This document shows, in pieces, positions 1 through 9,847 of a stretch of DNA of 32,000 nt (positions within the stretch are counted from its first letter, which is position 1; the number at the start of each line of letters is the position of its first letter). Under the pieces are notes generated by a model. The model did no database searches. It was not told the DNA's origin and worked only from the letters and a program-made list of their open reading frames with translations. This DNA comes from Pseudodesulfovibrio piezophilus C1TLV30 (GTDB lineage: Bacteria > Desulfobacterota > Desulfovibrionia > Desulfovibrionales > Desulfovibrionaceae), in assembly GCF_000341895.1 (NCBI RefSeq), contig NC_020409.1:3452411-3484410 (forward strand), in the 5' to 3' direction. Made by a program: the position numbers and the translations under genes.

Positions 1-1353
1 ACATCGTATGTCACCTGGATCACGGGTGCCAACGAGTGCCTGGCCGCAGAAGATGGCAAGAAAGAAATTCACTATGTCGTTCTCGACAACGGGCGTTCCG
101 AACTCATCAAGGATCCCTTGTTCTCGCAGATCAACCGGTGTGTTCGTTGTGGTGCCTGCGCCAATGTCTGCCCTGTTTACCGTCTTGTCGGCGGGCATAA
201 AATGGGTCACATCTACATCGGTGCCATTGGCTTGATTCTGACATACTTCTTCCATGGTAAAGACAAGGCCAAGAATCTCGTCCAGAACTGCATCAACTGC
301 GAAGCATGCAAGGATGTGTGTGCAGGTGGAATTGATCTGCCACGCCTGATCAAGGAAATCCACGCGCGTATTCTGGAAGAGGACGGACACCCGTTACCTG
401 CCATTTTGATGGGCAAATTGCTCAAAAATCGCAAATTGTTCCATACTCTTTTACGGACCGCCAAGTGGGGACAAAAGCCCATTGCCGAAAAGGACGGATT
501 CATTCGTCATTTGCCTATGGTCTTTGCAAAGGAACATCAGTTCAAGGCTCTGCCCACTATTGCCGAGACGCCTTTCCGTGATTGGTGGCAGAAGAATCGT
601 CCTGATGTGGATAAGCCGAAATTGCGTGTCGCTCTGTTCTCTGGTTGTGTGCAGGACTTTGTATACCCCGAGCAGATGCAGGCGGCCGTCAAGGTCTTTG
701 CGGACAATGGTGTTGCAATGGACTACCCCATGGAGCAATCCTGCTGCGGTCTGCCAGTTCAGATGATGGGTGAAATGGGTGCATCCCGTGATGTTGCAAA
801 GCAGAATCTGCGGGCCTTCGAGACCGGAGCATACGATTATATCATCACCTTGTGTGCTTCATGTGCGTCGCACCTCAAGCACAATTATCCGAAGTTGGTC
901 ATGGATAAACCTTCCTTGAAGCTCAAGGCCGATGAATTCGCAGCAAAGGTCATTGATTACTCTTCTTTTGTGAACGATGTGCTCAAAGTGAAGAAAGAAG
1001 ACTTCCGCGAAGTCGGGACCAAAGCAACATATCATGCTCCCTGCCATCTCTGCCGTGGGCTTGATGTTCATGACGCGCCTCGTCAGTTGATAGAAAAGGG
1101 CGGCATGGACTATGTCGAGTGCACTGAAGAAGAGGTCTGCTGCGGTTTTGGAGGAACATTCTCCATGAAGTTCCCGGAACTGTCTGCCGAGCTGTTGAAA
1201 AAGAAACTGGACAATGTTGAAGCCACGGGCGCTGATGTGCTTCTGACTGATTGCCCCGGTTGCGTCATGCAGCTGCGTGGTGGGCTGAAGAATCGCGGCT
1301 CCAAGGTTCAAGTACGCCACGTTGCAGAGGTTCTTGCAGATAATAAAAAATAA
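1..1353 (+). CDS. LUD-domain/4Fe-4S/CCG-domain Fe-S oxidoreductase (LutB/LldF fused to a GlcF/HdrD-like module), 5'-partial
   Basis: Frame 1 is open from base 1 (TSYVTWITGANE..HYVVLDNGRSELI looks like the end of a LUD domain). It continues into ferredoxin motifs CVRCGACANVCP and CINCEACKDVC, then two CCG repeats (CCGLPVQ, CCGFGGTF, CPGC). The ORF-track start at 118 is an internal TTG. Confidence 0.8.
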   Translation, partial: TSYVTWITGANECLAAEDGKKEIHYVVLDNGRSELIKDPLFSQINRCVRCGACANVCPVYRLVGGHKMGHIYIGAIGLILTYFFHGKDKAKNLVQNCINCEACKDVCAGGIDLPRLIKEIHARILEEDGHPLPAILMGKLLKNRKLFHTLLRTAKWGQKPIAEKDGFIRHLPMVFAKEHQFKALPTIAETPFRDWWQKNRPDVDKPKLRVALFSGCVQDFVYPEQMQAAVKVFADNGVAMDYPMEQSCCGLPVQMMGEMGASRDVAKQNLRAFETGAYDYIITLCASCASHLKHNYPKLVMDKPSLKLKADEFAAKVIDYSSFVNDVLKVKKEDFREVGTKATYHAPCHLCRGLDVHDAPRQLIEKGGMDYVECTEEEVCCGFGGTFSMKFPELSAELLKKKLDNVEATGADVLLTDCPGCVMQLRGGLKNRGSKVQVRHVAEVLADNKK

Positions 1354-1454
1354 GAACTGCCATATTGAATGCATGAGGCTTTCGAAATAGGTTGGACCGC
1401 AATCCCCTCGAAGCAACTGCCACGCTTCCTCCTATGAGATACCGCCTTCATGTA

Positions 1455-1484
1455 GGTTCCCCGTCCGCTGCGGGACGGGGAACC
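1455..1484 (+). terminator. Intrinsic-terminator-like hairpin after the Fe-S oxidoreductase gene
   Basis: Perfect 12-bp stem GGTTCCCCGTCC / GGACGGGGAACC with loop GCTGCG, followed by ATATATTTATA. Confidence 0.55.
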
Positions 1485-1546
1485 ATATATTTATACTTGA
1501 CGGCCGGTTAAGCTCCATACTACCGGACCTGATTTAGGGGTGATAC

Positions 1547-3127
1547 ATGGCACCAGTGCAGAATCGATACTTACGCCAATTCGTCGCGGTCTATTTTGGT
1601 CTCTTCCTACTCATTTCGGGACTTTCATTCTGGTTTGTCTCAGCCTTCTCCGGTGAACTCTGGGCGGCGTCCGCTCTTGCAACCGGAGTTCTGACAGCTT
1701 TCGGCTTACTCGGTATTGCGCTGACAGTCCTGATAGGGCGGAGTTTCATTCGTCCGCTCAAAGTTGTGACCGAATATACAACCAACATACTTGATGGTAA
1801 CTATGCAGGAGCTGATGAAGCCGCCATGGCTGATGCTGTTCCAGGCCTTGGCGACCTTGTTCATGAGCTTTCTTCCCGTTTCAAGGAACGGTTGGGATTC
1901 TCCAATAGTATTCTTGAGGGGCTTCCTGTTCCCATCTGCATTGTGGATACCAGGGAGAGGATAACCTTCCTCAATCAGGAATGCCTGAAAATGCTCGGGT
2001 CTAATGAGGACCCCAAGTCCTATTATGGCAAGATGATTTCCCAGATATTTTACAAGGATGACAGGAAGTCACTCATTGGGACCTGCATGGATGAGAACAC
2101 CCGGACAATCAACCGGGAGGGTCTGTTCAAACATGTTGATGGAAGCGATATTCACGCACGCATCAATGCTTTTCCCCTGACAGATGTCGAAGGGGTGATC
2201 ATAGGCGGGTGCTGTCTCTATCTTGATACGACTGAGTTGAAACGTCGTGAGGCGGAAATAGTCAGTCAGCATGATCGATTGGCGACTGCTGCTTCTCAGG
2301 CTACCGAGGTTTCCGAGGAATTGGCAACAGCCGCTTCACAATTGGAATCCGTCGTGATTCAGGCTCGAAGCGGAACGCGGACACAGTCCGAGAGAACAGG
2401 AGAAACCGCGACTGCCATGGAAGAGATGACTGCCACAGTGCTGGAAGTGGCTCGCCTGGCTCAGGATGCCGCTCTCAATGCTGATGATGCTCGCCAGCAG
2501 GCGGAAGAGGGGGCTGGTATTGTCACGCAGGTCGTCAGTTCCATCGATGAGGTCGCTGGACATGCTCATGATCTCAAAATCTCCATGGAAGAGCTTGATG
2601 AGCGAGCTGACAAGATCGGTAAGGTGCTTGGCGTCATCGAAGACATCGCGGACCAGACCAATTTGCTTGCACTCAATGCTGCCATTGAGGCGGCGCGGGC
2701 TGGTGATGCTGGGCGGGGCTTTGCTGTCGTGGCTGACGAGGTTCGGAAATTGGCTGAAAAAACCATGGAAGCGACACGAGAGGTGCATCTTGCAATAACC
2801 GGTATTCAGGACGGTGCCCGCAAGAATGTCAAAGCAACAGAAGTCGCGGTTGTTTCTGTTGGAAAAACCACAGAGATGGCAGGGCGTTCAGGTGAGGCTC
2901 TGCACAGTATTGTCTCTGTGGCAGAGGCCACTGCAGACAGGGTGCGCAATATCGCGACTGCTGCCGAGCAGCAGTCTGCTGCCAGTGAAGAAATCAATGA
3001 AGCGACTGTTGATGTCAGCCGGGTCTGTCAAGATACGGACGGTTTGATGACAGATGCCTCCGATGCGATTACGCGTTTGTCTGAACTTGCGAAAACACTT
3101 GGCAAGATCATTCGCGAAATGCAGTGA
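1547..3127 (+). CDS. Methyl-accepting chemotaxis protein with two N-terminal TM helices, a cytoplasmic PAS-like region and an MA signalling domain
   Basis: Highly conserved MCP hairpin tip motif [41 protein letters not shown]. Hydrophobic N-terminus. SD AGGGGTGA lies upstream of the ATG. Confidence 0.9.
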   Translation: MAPVQNRYLRQFVAVYFGLFLLISGLSFWFVSAFSGELWAASALATGVLTAFGLLGIALTVLIGRSFIRPLKVVTEYTTNILDGNYAGADEAAMADAVPGLGDLVHELSSRFKERLGFSNSILEGLPVPICIVDTRERITFLNQECLKMLGSNEDPKSYYGKMISQIFYKDDRKSLIGTCMDENTRTINREGLFKHVDGSDIHARINAFPLTDVEGVIIGGCCLYLDTTELKRREAEIVSQHDRLATAASQATEVSEELATAASQLESVVIQARSGTRTQSERTGETATAMEEMTATVLEVARLAQDAALNADDARQQAEEGAGIVTQVVSSIDEVAGHAHDLKISMEELDERADKIGKVLGVIEDIADQTNLLALNAAIEAARAGDAGRGFAVVADEVRKLAEKTMEATREVHLAITGIQDGARKNVKATEVAVVSVGKTTEMAGRSGEALHSIVSVAEATADRVRNIATAAEQQSAASEEINEATVDVSRVCQDTDGLMTDASDAITRLSELAKTLGKIIREMQ

Positions 3128-3266
3128 GGAGCAAAATAATTTTGTATAAATGATGACAAAAAGCTTCTTTGTGATTAATATTGGTAATGTAACCTAATAT
3201 CGTTTGAGATGGAAAGTGTTATTGGGTTGAAATTGTTGAACATAAAGCACAAGAGAGAGTTGAGAC

Positions 3267-3569
3267 GTGGTCAGACACATTGTTATGTGGACTTTGAAAG
3301 AGGAAGTGGATGGCGTTCCGGCTAAGGAAAATGCCGCCAAGATGAAAGAAATTCTTGAAGCCTTACAGGGACGGATTGAAGGATTGAGGTATATCGAAGT
3401 CAGTCATGATATCGTTGATGCTGATCCAGAGTGCCATGTTGTTTTGTGCTCTGAGCACGATGATGCTGCGGCGCTTGACCATTATCAGGGGCACCCTGAG
3501 CATCAAGCGTGTGTCGCCTTTGTAAAGACCGTTGCCGCCAGTAGAAAGGCGGTTGATTACACAGTATAA
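3267..3569 (+). CDS. Dabb (stress-responsive alpha/beta-barrel) family protein
   Basis: 100 aa with a typical Dabb start (V)RHIVMWTLKEE and C-terminal HxxHPxH-like segment YQGHPEHQACVAFV. GTG start assumed. Confidence 0.65.
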   Translation: MVRHIVMWTLKEEVDGVPAKENAAKMKEILEALQGRIEGLRYIEVSHDIVDADPECHVVLCSEHDDAAALDHYQGHPEHQACVAFVKTVAASRKAVDYTV

Positions 3570-3671
3570 AAGTCAGAAGCTGGGCTAATCCGGGGAGCCT
3601 GGTTCCTGAGACGGAAGACGTGAGATTACAGGAGTCGTGACAGGGGTGAAGACGTTACGAAGGAGAATGCC

Positions 3672-4040
3672 ATGTCTATGCGTTATGATCAGGAACGGAA
3701 ACGGATTATTTGCCGTTGGGAGGAGCCTACCAAAGTTGTCATGAACAAAAAGGAAGGCGTCATCAAACGTTCACGGATGATTACGGTCAAGGTGAACGAT
3801 AATGGCAAATTGAACAGCAAGGACATTCGGAGGCACGGGAAGCACCCTATGTTTCCGTATATCAACCGTTTCAACAAGATGCTCAATAGCATCGAATGCT
3901 TTCCTCAATGCCAGAATGAATACAAATGCGCAGTGTGCGGAATGGAGCATGACGTTAGTCCCCATTTCGATACCAAGCGCCAGTCGATCATCTGGCTGTG
4001 CCGGGATCACCTGAATGATTCTCCCAAGGTCGTTGATTGA
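3672..4040 (+). CDS. Hypothetical small basic protein with a putative Zn-ribbon (CFPQC..CAVC)
   Basis: Strong SD GAAGGAG 6 nt upstream of the ATG. Two CxxC pairs 10 residues apart plus a downstream C/H. I recognise no family. Confidence 0.55.
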   Translation: MSMRYDQERKRIICRWEEPTKVVMNKKEGVIKRSRMITVKVNDNGKLNSKDIRRHGKHPMFPYINRFNKMLNSIECFPQCQNEYKCAVCGMEHDVSPHFDTKRQSIIWLCRDHLNDSPKVVD

Positions 4041-4113
4041 TTGTACTGATTAGGAGATCCGATCAACGGCTTTGATGAATTTCATCGGGCCTCTTGGCAT
4101 GGCAAGCAAAAAA

Positions 4114-4143
4114 AGCCCCCATCTCGTTGACGAGGTGGGGGCT
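4114..4143 (-). terminator. Rho-independent terminator of the OMP gene (possibly bidirectional)
   Basis: Hairpin GCCCCCATCTCG / CGAGGTGGGGGC (one G.U pair). On the minus strand it is followed by a T7 run (A-run 4107-4113 on plus). It lies between convergent genes. Confidence 0.7.
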
Positions 4144-4162
4144 TCTCGATGAAATTCACTCC

Positions 4163-4828
4163 CTAAAATTGATAGCGCAATCCAAGGAGAACTTTGTGAG
4201 TGCCGATATCCTTGACTTGACTCTCAACATTGACGTCTGTGGATGTCCCGGTAACTTTCTCTCCGTCTCCGTAATAATCATACCTGTAAGCAAGATCGAG
4301 AATAATTGATTCGGTTATGCTCCAACCGACGCCTGCGCCGAGGTTAAAAGCAAGGTTGGTTGAGGTCTTGCTGCCTGGATCGGAAATGGTGGAGGTGCTG
4401 AAGCTCTCTTCAACCCAGGCGACACCGACACCTCCGTTGATGAATGGTGTAAAGTCAGTTGAATTGTAAAAATCCCAGTAGACATTCAGCATGACAGTCT
4501 GCAGCGAGATGGTATCCGTTAACGACGAGTTGCTATCGCTGTATTTGTACTTGAAATCTCCGGTGTACATGTATTCGATTTCTGTGCGAATGGGGTATTC
4601 ATATCCCATCCAATCATATCCTGCGGCAAAGCCGATTGCTCCTGCTTCTTTATCGAATTTACTGCTTGAACTTGTTCCTGTTGCGTTGCCTGAGGTACTT
4701 TTATCTGCATCAAGGTACGAACCTCCCACCTTGATAGAACCGTAAAAGCCACCTTGGTCAGCAAATGCGAATCCCGTGAATGTGAAAAGTAAAGCCACGA
4801 TGATTGTAAGGCATTGAAGACTTTTCAT
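4163..4828 (-). CDS. Outer-membrane beta-barrel protein (OmpW/OMP_b-brl-like porin family)
   Basis: Signal peptide MKSLQCLTIIVALLFTFTGFAFA, alternating aromatic/Gly beta-strand pattern, and C-terminal ..GLRYQF ending in Phe. SD GGGAGA before the ATG at 4828; the longer ORF-track start at 4879 was rejected. Confidence 0.8.
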   Translation of the reverse strand: MKSLQCLTIIVALLFTFTGFAFADQGGFYGSIKVGGSYLDADKSTSGNATGTSSSSKFDKEAGAIGFAAGYDWMGYEYPIRTEIEYMYTGDFKYKYSDSNSSLTDTISLQTVMLNVYWDFYNSTDFTPFINGGVGVAWVEESFSTSTISDPGSKTSTNLAFNLGAGVGWSITESIILDLAYRYDYYGDGEKVTGTSTDVNVESQVKDIGTHKVLLGLRYQF

Positions 4829-5002
4829 ACGCTCATTCTCCCGCAATAAAATATGAAGACACCTTTTCACCCAGTACATAAAAAAGAGGTTTAAGTCAAT
4901 GGGGGCGCGAATAATTGGGTGTTTGCAATTTTATACTTCATCCCACTGATTATTTGGGTATAGTGATTTTGATCTCTTCAATATACGAGGTGATCTCTCT
5001 CC

Positions 5003-6199
5003 TTGAAGCAGAAAATTCTTTTACCGAATAGGTTGCTTATGAGCGATGAATTGGTTTTTGCAAATGAATCCGAGTCGTCTGGTAGCGGGGAGTTGCGAGG
5101 GACGAGTGGGGATTGGAAAGTGCTGATCGTCGACGATCAGAGTGATGTCCATAAAGTTACTCGTTTGGTGCTGGATGACTTCGCCTTCGAGGGGCGAAAG
5201 GTGACTTGCATGAGCGCCTATTCCGGGGAAGAAGCCAAAAAGATTATGCAGGAGCACCCGGACGTGGCTGTCATGTTACTTGATGTTGTCATGGAAACAA
5301 ACCGCGCTGGGTTGGAAGTCGCTCGATATGTCCGGGCTGTTGCAAAAAATCAATTCGTCAGAATTATCTTGCGCACAGGAGAACCAGGGGAAGCGCCGGA
5401 ACGTGAAGTTGTGACGGGTTTGGATATTAATGATTATAGGCAAAAGACGGAATTGACCTCAGATAGATTAGTCACTGCTGTGACGACCGCAATCAGGTCA
5501 TATCGGGATCTCAAAATGATCAATGATGCCCGGAGAGGTTTGCACCTTTTGGCCATGTCTGTTGCTCATCAAATCAGGAACAGGACAATTGCTATTGCCG
5601 GATTTGCCAATATCATCAAGCGTAAAGGGGGGAATTCACCAGAAACAAGCGATTACCTGGGAACTATTCTGGAAGAATCTTCGCGTTTGGAACATATGGT
5701 GAATGATGTCACGAAATATGCTTCCATCAGCTTGGGGGAAATGCAGCCATCGGATATCCGTGAACTTATTGAGACTGCAACGAATGCCATTGATACCAAA
5801 CAGGCAGATTTGGGCGGCGTCGTTTGGGAGGTCTTGTGTCCCAATCAGATGGTTATGGTTGATCCTGAGTTATTTATCAAAGCGTTCGAAGCAATTCTGC
5901 AAAACAGTGTTGATTTTAGTGAGGGGGTTCCACAAATCAAGATACGCGTTGCGCCAAGTCGGATGATTTGTGCTATAGAAGTGCAGGATAGCGGGACAGG
6001 AATCAATGAGGACGATATGCCGCATATTTATGATCCTTTTTTTTCACTCAAGCCCAAGGGGTCGGGCATGGGGCTTTGTATTGTGCGTAAAGTCGCCATG
6101 GAGCACCAATGGGATGTTCACATTGATTCCACGCCTGGGGAAGGCACTCTGGTAGAGATTATTATTCCTCGAAGAGACTTGACTGGAATGGGCAGTTGA
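5003..6199 (+). CDS. Hybrid response-regulator receiver / histidine kinase
   Basis: N-terminal REC (KVLIVDDQSDV..LLDVVM..K). H-box SVAHQIRNRT. HATPase G-boxes DSGTGI and GSGMGLCIVRKV. The start is either TTG 5003 (SD GAGGTGA 9 nt upstream) or ATG 5039. Confidence 0.8.
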   Translation: MKQKILLPNRLLMSDELVFANESESSGSGELRGTSGDWKVLIVDDQSDVHKVTRLVLDDFAFEGRKVTCMSAYSGEEAKKIMQEHPDVAVMLLDVVMETNRAGLEVARYVRAVAKNQFVRIILRTGEPGEAPEREVVTGLDINDYRQKTELTSDRLVTAVTTAIRSYRDLKMINDARRGLHLLAMSVAHQIRNRTIAIAGFANIIKRKGGNSPETSDYLGTILEESSRLEHMVNDVTKYASISLGEMQPSDIRELIETATNAIDTKQADLGGVVWEVLCPNQMVMVDPELFIKAFEAILQNSVDFSEGVPQIKIRVAPSRMICAIEVQDSGTGINEDDMPHIYDPFFSLKPKGSGMGLCIVRKVAMEHQWDVHIDSTPGEGTLVEIIIPRRDLTGMGS

Positions 6200-6298
6200 A
6201 AGCGTGTGAAGTGGATAAAAAACGTGAGACTCTAGCTGTAATTAGCTAAAAAATATTTTTGGTGAGGATATATCTGTATGGGGTAGGCACAACAAGAA

Positions 6299-6324
6299 GG
6301 CCGTCCACACAAGGTGGGACGGCC
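6299..6324. terminator. Hairpin between the convergent kinase gene and nhaB
   Basis: GGCCGTCCAC / GTGGGACGGCC (one bulged G), followed by TTTGTC on the plus strand. Confidence 0.5.
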
Positions 6325-6349
6325 TTTGTCGGTGAATCTCTTTTGCCAG

Positions 6350-7969
6350 TTACATAAAGTAGTACGTGGCGACCAGTCCCATAAGGGACATGGTAATAGT
6401 ATAAGGCAAAGCCAGGATAACCATCCGGCCGTAGGAAAGCCTGATAACCGGAGCTAGTGCTGAGGTCAGCAGGAACAGGAAGGCAGCCTGGCCGTTGGGA
6501 GTGGCGACGGAGGGGATATTGGTCCCTGTGTTGATGGCGACTGCGAGTTTGTCGAAGTGGGCCATGGTTTCCAGTATTTTTGTTTGAAGTGCCTGCGGCA
6601 TGGAAGCCACAACATCGATACGAGCCAGGTGGGGATCTGTAAGTCGGTCCATGAGTGCGACGCCATCAGTTACACCGGGCATTCCAGCCAGGACAGACTC
6701 AAAGTGCATCTTGGTTTCTGATATGTAGACTGTCGCTACGAAGACGTTATCGGAGATCATGGAGAGGACTCCATTGGCAACGTAATACGCGGCAAGCTGG
6801 GCATGTCCATGCATGCCAAGGACTATATCCATGACAGGGGCAAAGAGGTGCTGGTCATGAATAACACCGACAATGGCGAAGAAAACAACGAGCAGGGCAG
6901 TGAAGGGCAGTGCCTCTTCGAATGCCGGGCCAAGTTGGTGCTCATCCGTGAACCCGTTCATTGAAGTCAGCAAGACAATAACTGAGAGACCAATGATCCC
7001 AACTGCGGCAAGGTGGAAGGCCAAAGCAAGAATCAGCCAGATACCGATTAACGCCTGGACGACAAGCTTGGCTTTTCCTTGAAGGCCGCGCTTTTCTTCC
7101 ATCTCAATGGCTGTTTCCAGGAGGTGGGAACGGATATTCCCAGGCATTTCTGCGCCGTAACCGAAGATTTTGAATTTTTCCACGAGGATGCAGGTCAGCA
7201 GCCCTGTTGCGAGTACCGGCATGGAAACCGGAGCCACTTGCAGGAAGAAGGGAATGAAGTGCCAACCCATTTCCGAGCCGATGAGAAGGTTCTGGGGTTC
7301 ACCGACAATGGTACACACTCCACCAAGGGCGGTGCCGACAGCACCGTGCATCATCAGGTTGCGCAAAAAAGCCCGAAACTCTGAAAGTTCGGCCCGTTGA
7401 GTATCTTTGACCGACTGATCCGAGCACAGATCATGTGTGCAACTCATGGTTTTACCAGAGGCAAAGCGGTGATAGACGTTATAAAATCCATAAGCTACCG
7501 CGATAATGACCGCTGTGACTGTCAGGGCATCGAGAAAAGCGGAAAGGAATGCGCCTGCAAAGCTGAACAGCAGTGAAATGACGATTTTCGAACGGACTTT
7601 GGTCAGGATGCGGGTGAAGGTGAATTGCAGGAAATCCTTCATGAAATAGATACCTGCAACCATGAAGATCAATAAGAGTATGACTTCAAAGTTCGCGTGC
7701 GCTTCATGGTAGACTGTCTCGGGGTGCGTCAGTCCGAGCAAAACAGCTTCCATGGCGAGTAATCCACCAGCAGGAAGCGGATAGCATTTCAATGCCATGG
7801 CCAGTGTGAATATGAACTCACCAATCAGTATCCATCCTGCGATGAAAGGGCCGACTGTAAAGATCAGAATCGGGTTAAGAACAAGAAAGGCCAGTATCGC
7901 CAGTTTGTACCAGTTCGGCGCATTGCCGAGGAAGTTACGGCTGAAGGCCTGTGTCATGGTTTGAGCCAT
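6350..7969 (-). CDS. nhaB: Na+/H+ antiporter NhaB
   Basis: The N-terminus ..[50 protein letters not shown] and the later [11 protein letters not shown] segment match my recollection of E. coli NhaB. Size is about 540 aa with many TM segments. SD GAGGAG upstream. Confidence 0.9.
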   Translation of the reverse strand: MAQTMTQAFSRNFLGNAPNWYKLAILAFLVLNPILIFTVGPFIAGWILIGEFIFTLAMALKCYPLPAGGLLAMEAVLLGLTHPETVYHEAHANFEVILLLIFMVAGIYFMKDFLQFTFTRILTKVRSKIVISLLFSFAGAFLSAFLDALTVTAVIIAVAYGFYNVYHRFASGKTMSCTHDLCSDQSVKDTQRAELSEFRAFLRNLMMHGAVGTALGGVCTIVGEPQNLLIGSEMGWHFIPFFLQVAPVSMPVLATGLLTCILVEKFKIFGYGAEMPGNIRSHLLETAIEMEEKRGLQGKAKLVVQALIGIWLILALAFHLAAVGIIGLSVIVLLTSMNGFTDEHQLGPAFEEALPFTALLVVFFAIVGVIHDQHLFAPVMDIVLGMHGHAQLAAYYVANGVLSMISDNVFVATVYISETKMHFESVLAGMPGVTDGVALMDRLTDPHLARIDVVASMPQALQTKILETMAHFDKLAVAINTGTNIPSVATPNGQAAFLFLLTSALAPVIRLSYGRMVILALPYTITMSLMGLVATYYFM

Positions 7970-8023
7970 TGTGGAATCTCCTCACTCATTGTGTATTCGG
8001 GGGTCTCTGGTTGTGTGAACAAC

Positions 8024-9454
8024 CTATTCGCCGATTGTCATTGTCGGATACATGCCCGCATCTGCCCCGCCTTGAAATGGCTGGAGTATATTGAAGCAAG
8101 CATCCTGGGTTTTTTGGGCATGTCCTCGGGTTTCTTCGGTTCCGTCGAAATTGGCTCCGTTTTCTTCCCGAATATGGGCAATACGATGTTTGAACGCTTC
8201 GACAAACGCTTTCCCATCACCCTTGAAGGTCATGTTACCGATGACTATATCAGTGGTTTTGGCGAGTGTCTCAAGGCTCATGCATTGATCTTTCAGGTCT
8301 GATTGTTTGGTTACATATCCCCATACCGCTGAATTCTCGGGTATCGTGATCGGTTCTTCTGCGTCAATGATAGTATGGGGCATCACGATCGAATCACGGC
8401 CGACCGTGATTGGGCAGGTCGCTGTGCCATGAACAAAGGAGTTGAATCCGACAAACACATTTGGAGCAAGCCGTGTGTGGATGACTTTGCCTCCATGAGC
8501 TGTGACATTAAAGCCTTCGTAAACCGCATTTTTGATATAGCAATTCTCTTGCGCGTTCGATCCCTTGCCGATGTCTGAATTTTCGACATGGGCGCGTTGG
8601 GCTATGAGTGAATTGTCCCCAATCTTGCAATCTCCTTTGATGACAGAGTATGGATTGACATAGGTCCCTTCTCCAACCTCAACTCCCATGAGTTCCGGTT
8701 GGACAGAGGAGTAAACCGGGACAAAATCTTCTTTGAATTCTTCAACATAGTCGATGAACTTTCCGGTGATTTTTCCGTTTTCGTCCATGCTGACATACTG
8801 CTCCACGACCCCTTCGGGGTAGACGTAGTTGAATTCGAAGAGTCCGTTTGATTTGATCCAGACCCTGCCGGATTCAATAGTCAGACGCGACAGGTCTCCA
8901 GCTTGAACATAGGAAAAATTGCCCACAACACAGTTGTGCATAATAGAGAGATCAATCGTGGAAAAGGGGCCTAGGTAAACTCCTTCACAGGTTGTACCAT
9001 GAATATTGGAAAAGTGCATGGCAAGAGTGTTTAGTATCTTGAAAACTTCTGGAGTTTCAGGGTTCTTGGAGTGGTTGTGGACGAGAGTCTTGATCAGGCA
9101 ACTATTGATGACCCGGATAACCTCATCGTAAAAGAGCGTGGTTTTGACTCCATTGAATTCGACCACGTCTCCCTTGCGTTTAAGCTCATCGCCGCGCAGA
9201 TCAGACTTATAGACAACGGAGCGGTCAACCTGCGTTTTACCGAGAAAATATGTACCGGCCATATTTGAATTCTGGAAACGAAAGCTGATCGGATGATCTT
9301 CCGTCAGCGCATAAAACGCATAGTATTGCAGATGCCGTTCACGTGGTATGGCATTGGTGAGAATCTGTTTTACATCTATCCCCATCGGTTTCAGATTTAC
9401 GTTGACCCGGGATGCGATATGATCAAACAAAGCTTCGAGTTTTTTCATTGTCAT
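8024..9454 (-). CDS. Uncharacterised 476-aa protein with hexapeptide / left-handed beta-helix repeats
   Basis: Runs of [LIV]-G-x-x-[STAV]-x periodicity (IGDNSLIAQRAHVENSDIGKGSNAQENCYI.., VGNFSYVQAGDLS). The large N- and C-terminal extensions match nothing I recognise. Confidence 0.55.
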   Translation of the reverse strand: MTMKKLEALFDHIASRVNVNLKPMGIDVKQILTNAIPRERHLQYYAFYALTEDHPISFRFQNSNMAGTYFLGKTQVDRSVVYKSDLRGDELKRKGDVVEFNGVKTTLFYDEVIRVINSCLIKTLVHNHSKNPETPEVFKILNTLAMHFSNIHGTTCEGVYLGPFSTIDLSIMHNCVVGNFSYVQAGDLSRLTIESGRVWIKSNGLFEFNYVYPEGVVEQYVSMDENGKITGKFIDYVEEFKEDFVPVYSSVQPELMGVEVGEGTYVNPYSVIKGDCKIGDNSLIAQRAHVENSDIGKGSNAQENCYIKNAVYEGFNVTAHGGKVIHTRLAPNVFVGFNSFVHGTATCPITVGRDSIVMPHTIIDAEEPITIPENSAVWGYVTKQSDLKDQCMSLETLAKTTDIVIGNMTFKGDGKAFVEAFKHRIAHIREENGANFDGTEETRGHAQKTQDACFNILQPFQGGADAGMYPTMTIGE

Positions 9455-9509
9455 CTACTCTATGTTGGAAGGTTCAAATGGAAGACAGCTGTTGCTTGTG
9501 AGCAAAACT

Positions 9510-9527
9510 GTTGCAATTTGTTACTCT
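9510..9527. repeat. Copy 1 of an 18-bp perfect direct repeat GTTGCAATTTGTTACTCT
   Basis: Identical 18-mer at 9814-9831. This copy lies 56 nt upstream of the LbH gene start. Confidence 0.9.
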
Positions 9528-9813
9528 GGCAACCTTGAGTTTGTGTCTTGTGGTAGAATCAGACAATATGCTTGATTCAGAAATCATCCTAAGCCACTAA
9601 AAAATAACCTTTATCTTTGTATGAAGAATCGTTTGAGAGTCTTCTTTGCGTGCTGATACTCTTCTGTATGAAAGAACAAACCAATTTCACTTGTACAGTT
9701 TTGAATGCTCTTATGAGGCCGTTGAGAGTGTTATTGCGAGGCTCCAGAGTGTTGTTTTCTGAGAGCAGTAAGATCGAGGACCAGTAAAAAATGAGTCATT
9801 TCAGGGAATGAAC

Positions 9814-9831
9814 GTTGCAATTTGTTACTCT
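9814..9831. repeat. Copy 2 of the 18-bp perfect direct repeat GTTGCAATTTGTTACTCT
   Basis: Identical to 9510-9527. This copy lies 17 nt downstream of the DASS transporter stop. Confidence 0.9.
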
Positions 9832-9847
9832 AGTCCTTTCGGCTCGT

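Noticed and set aside
9526-9545. TGGCAA at 9527-9532, and the 18-bp repeat, as a possible sigma-54 promoter
   Set aside because: There is no GC/TTGC element at the required GG-N10-GC spacing on either strand, and the orientation does not fit the downstream minus-strand gene.
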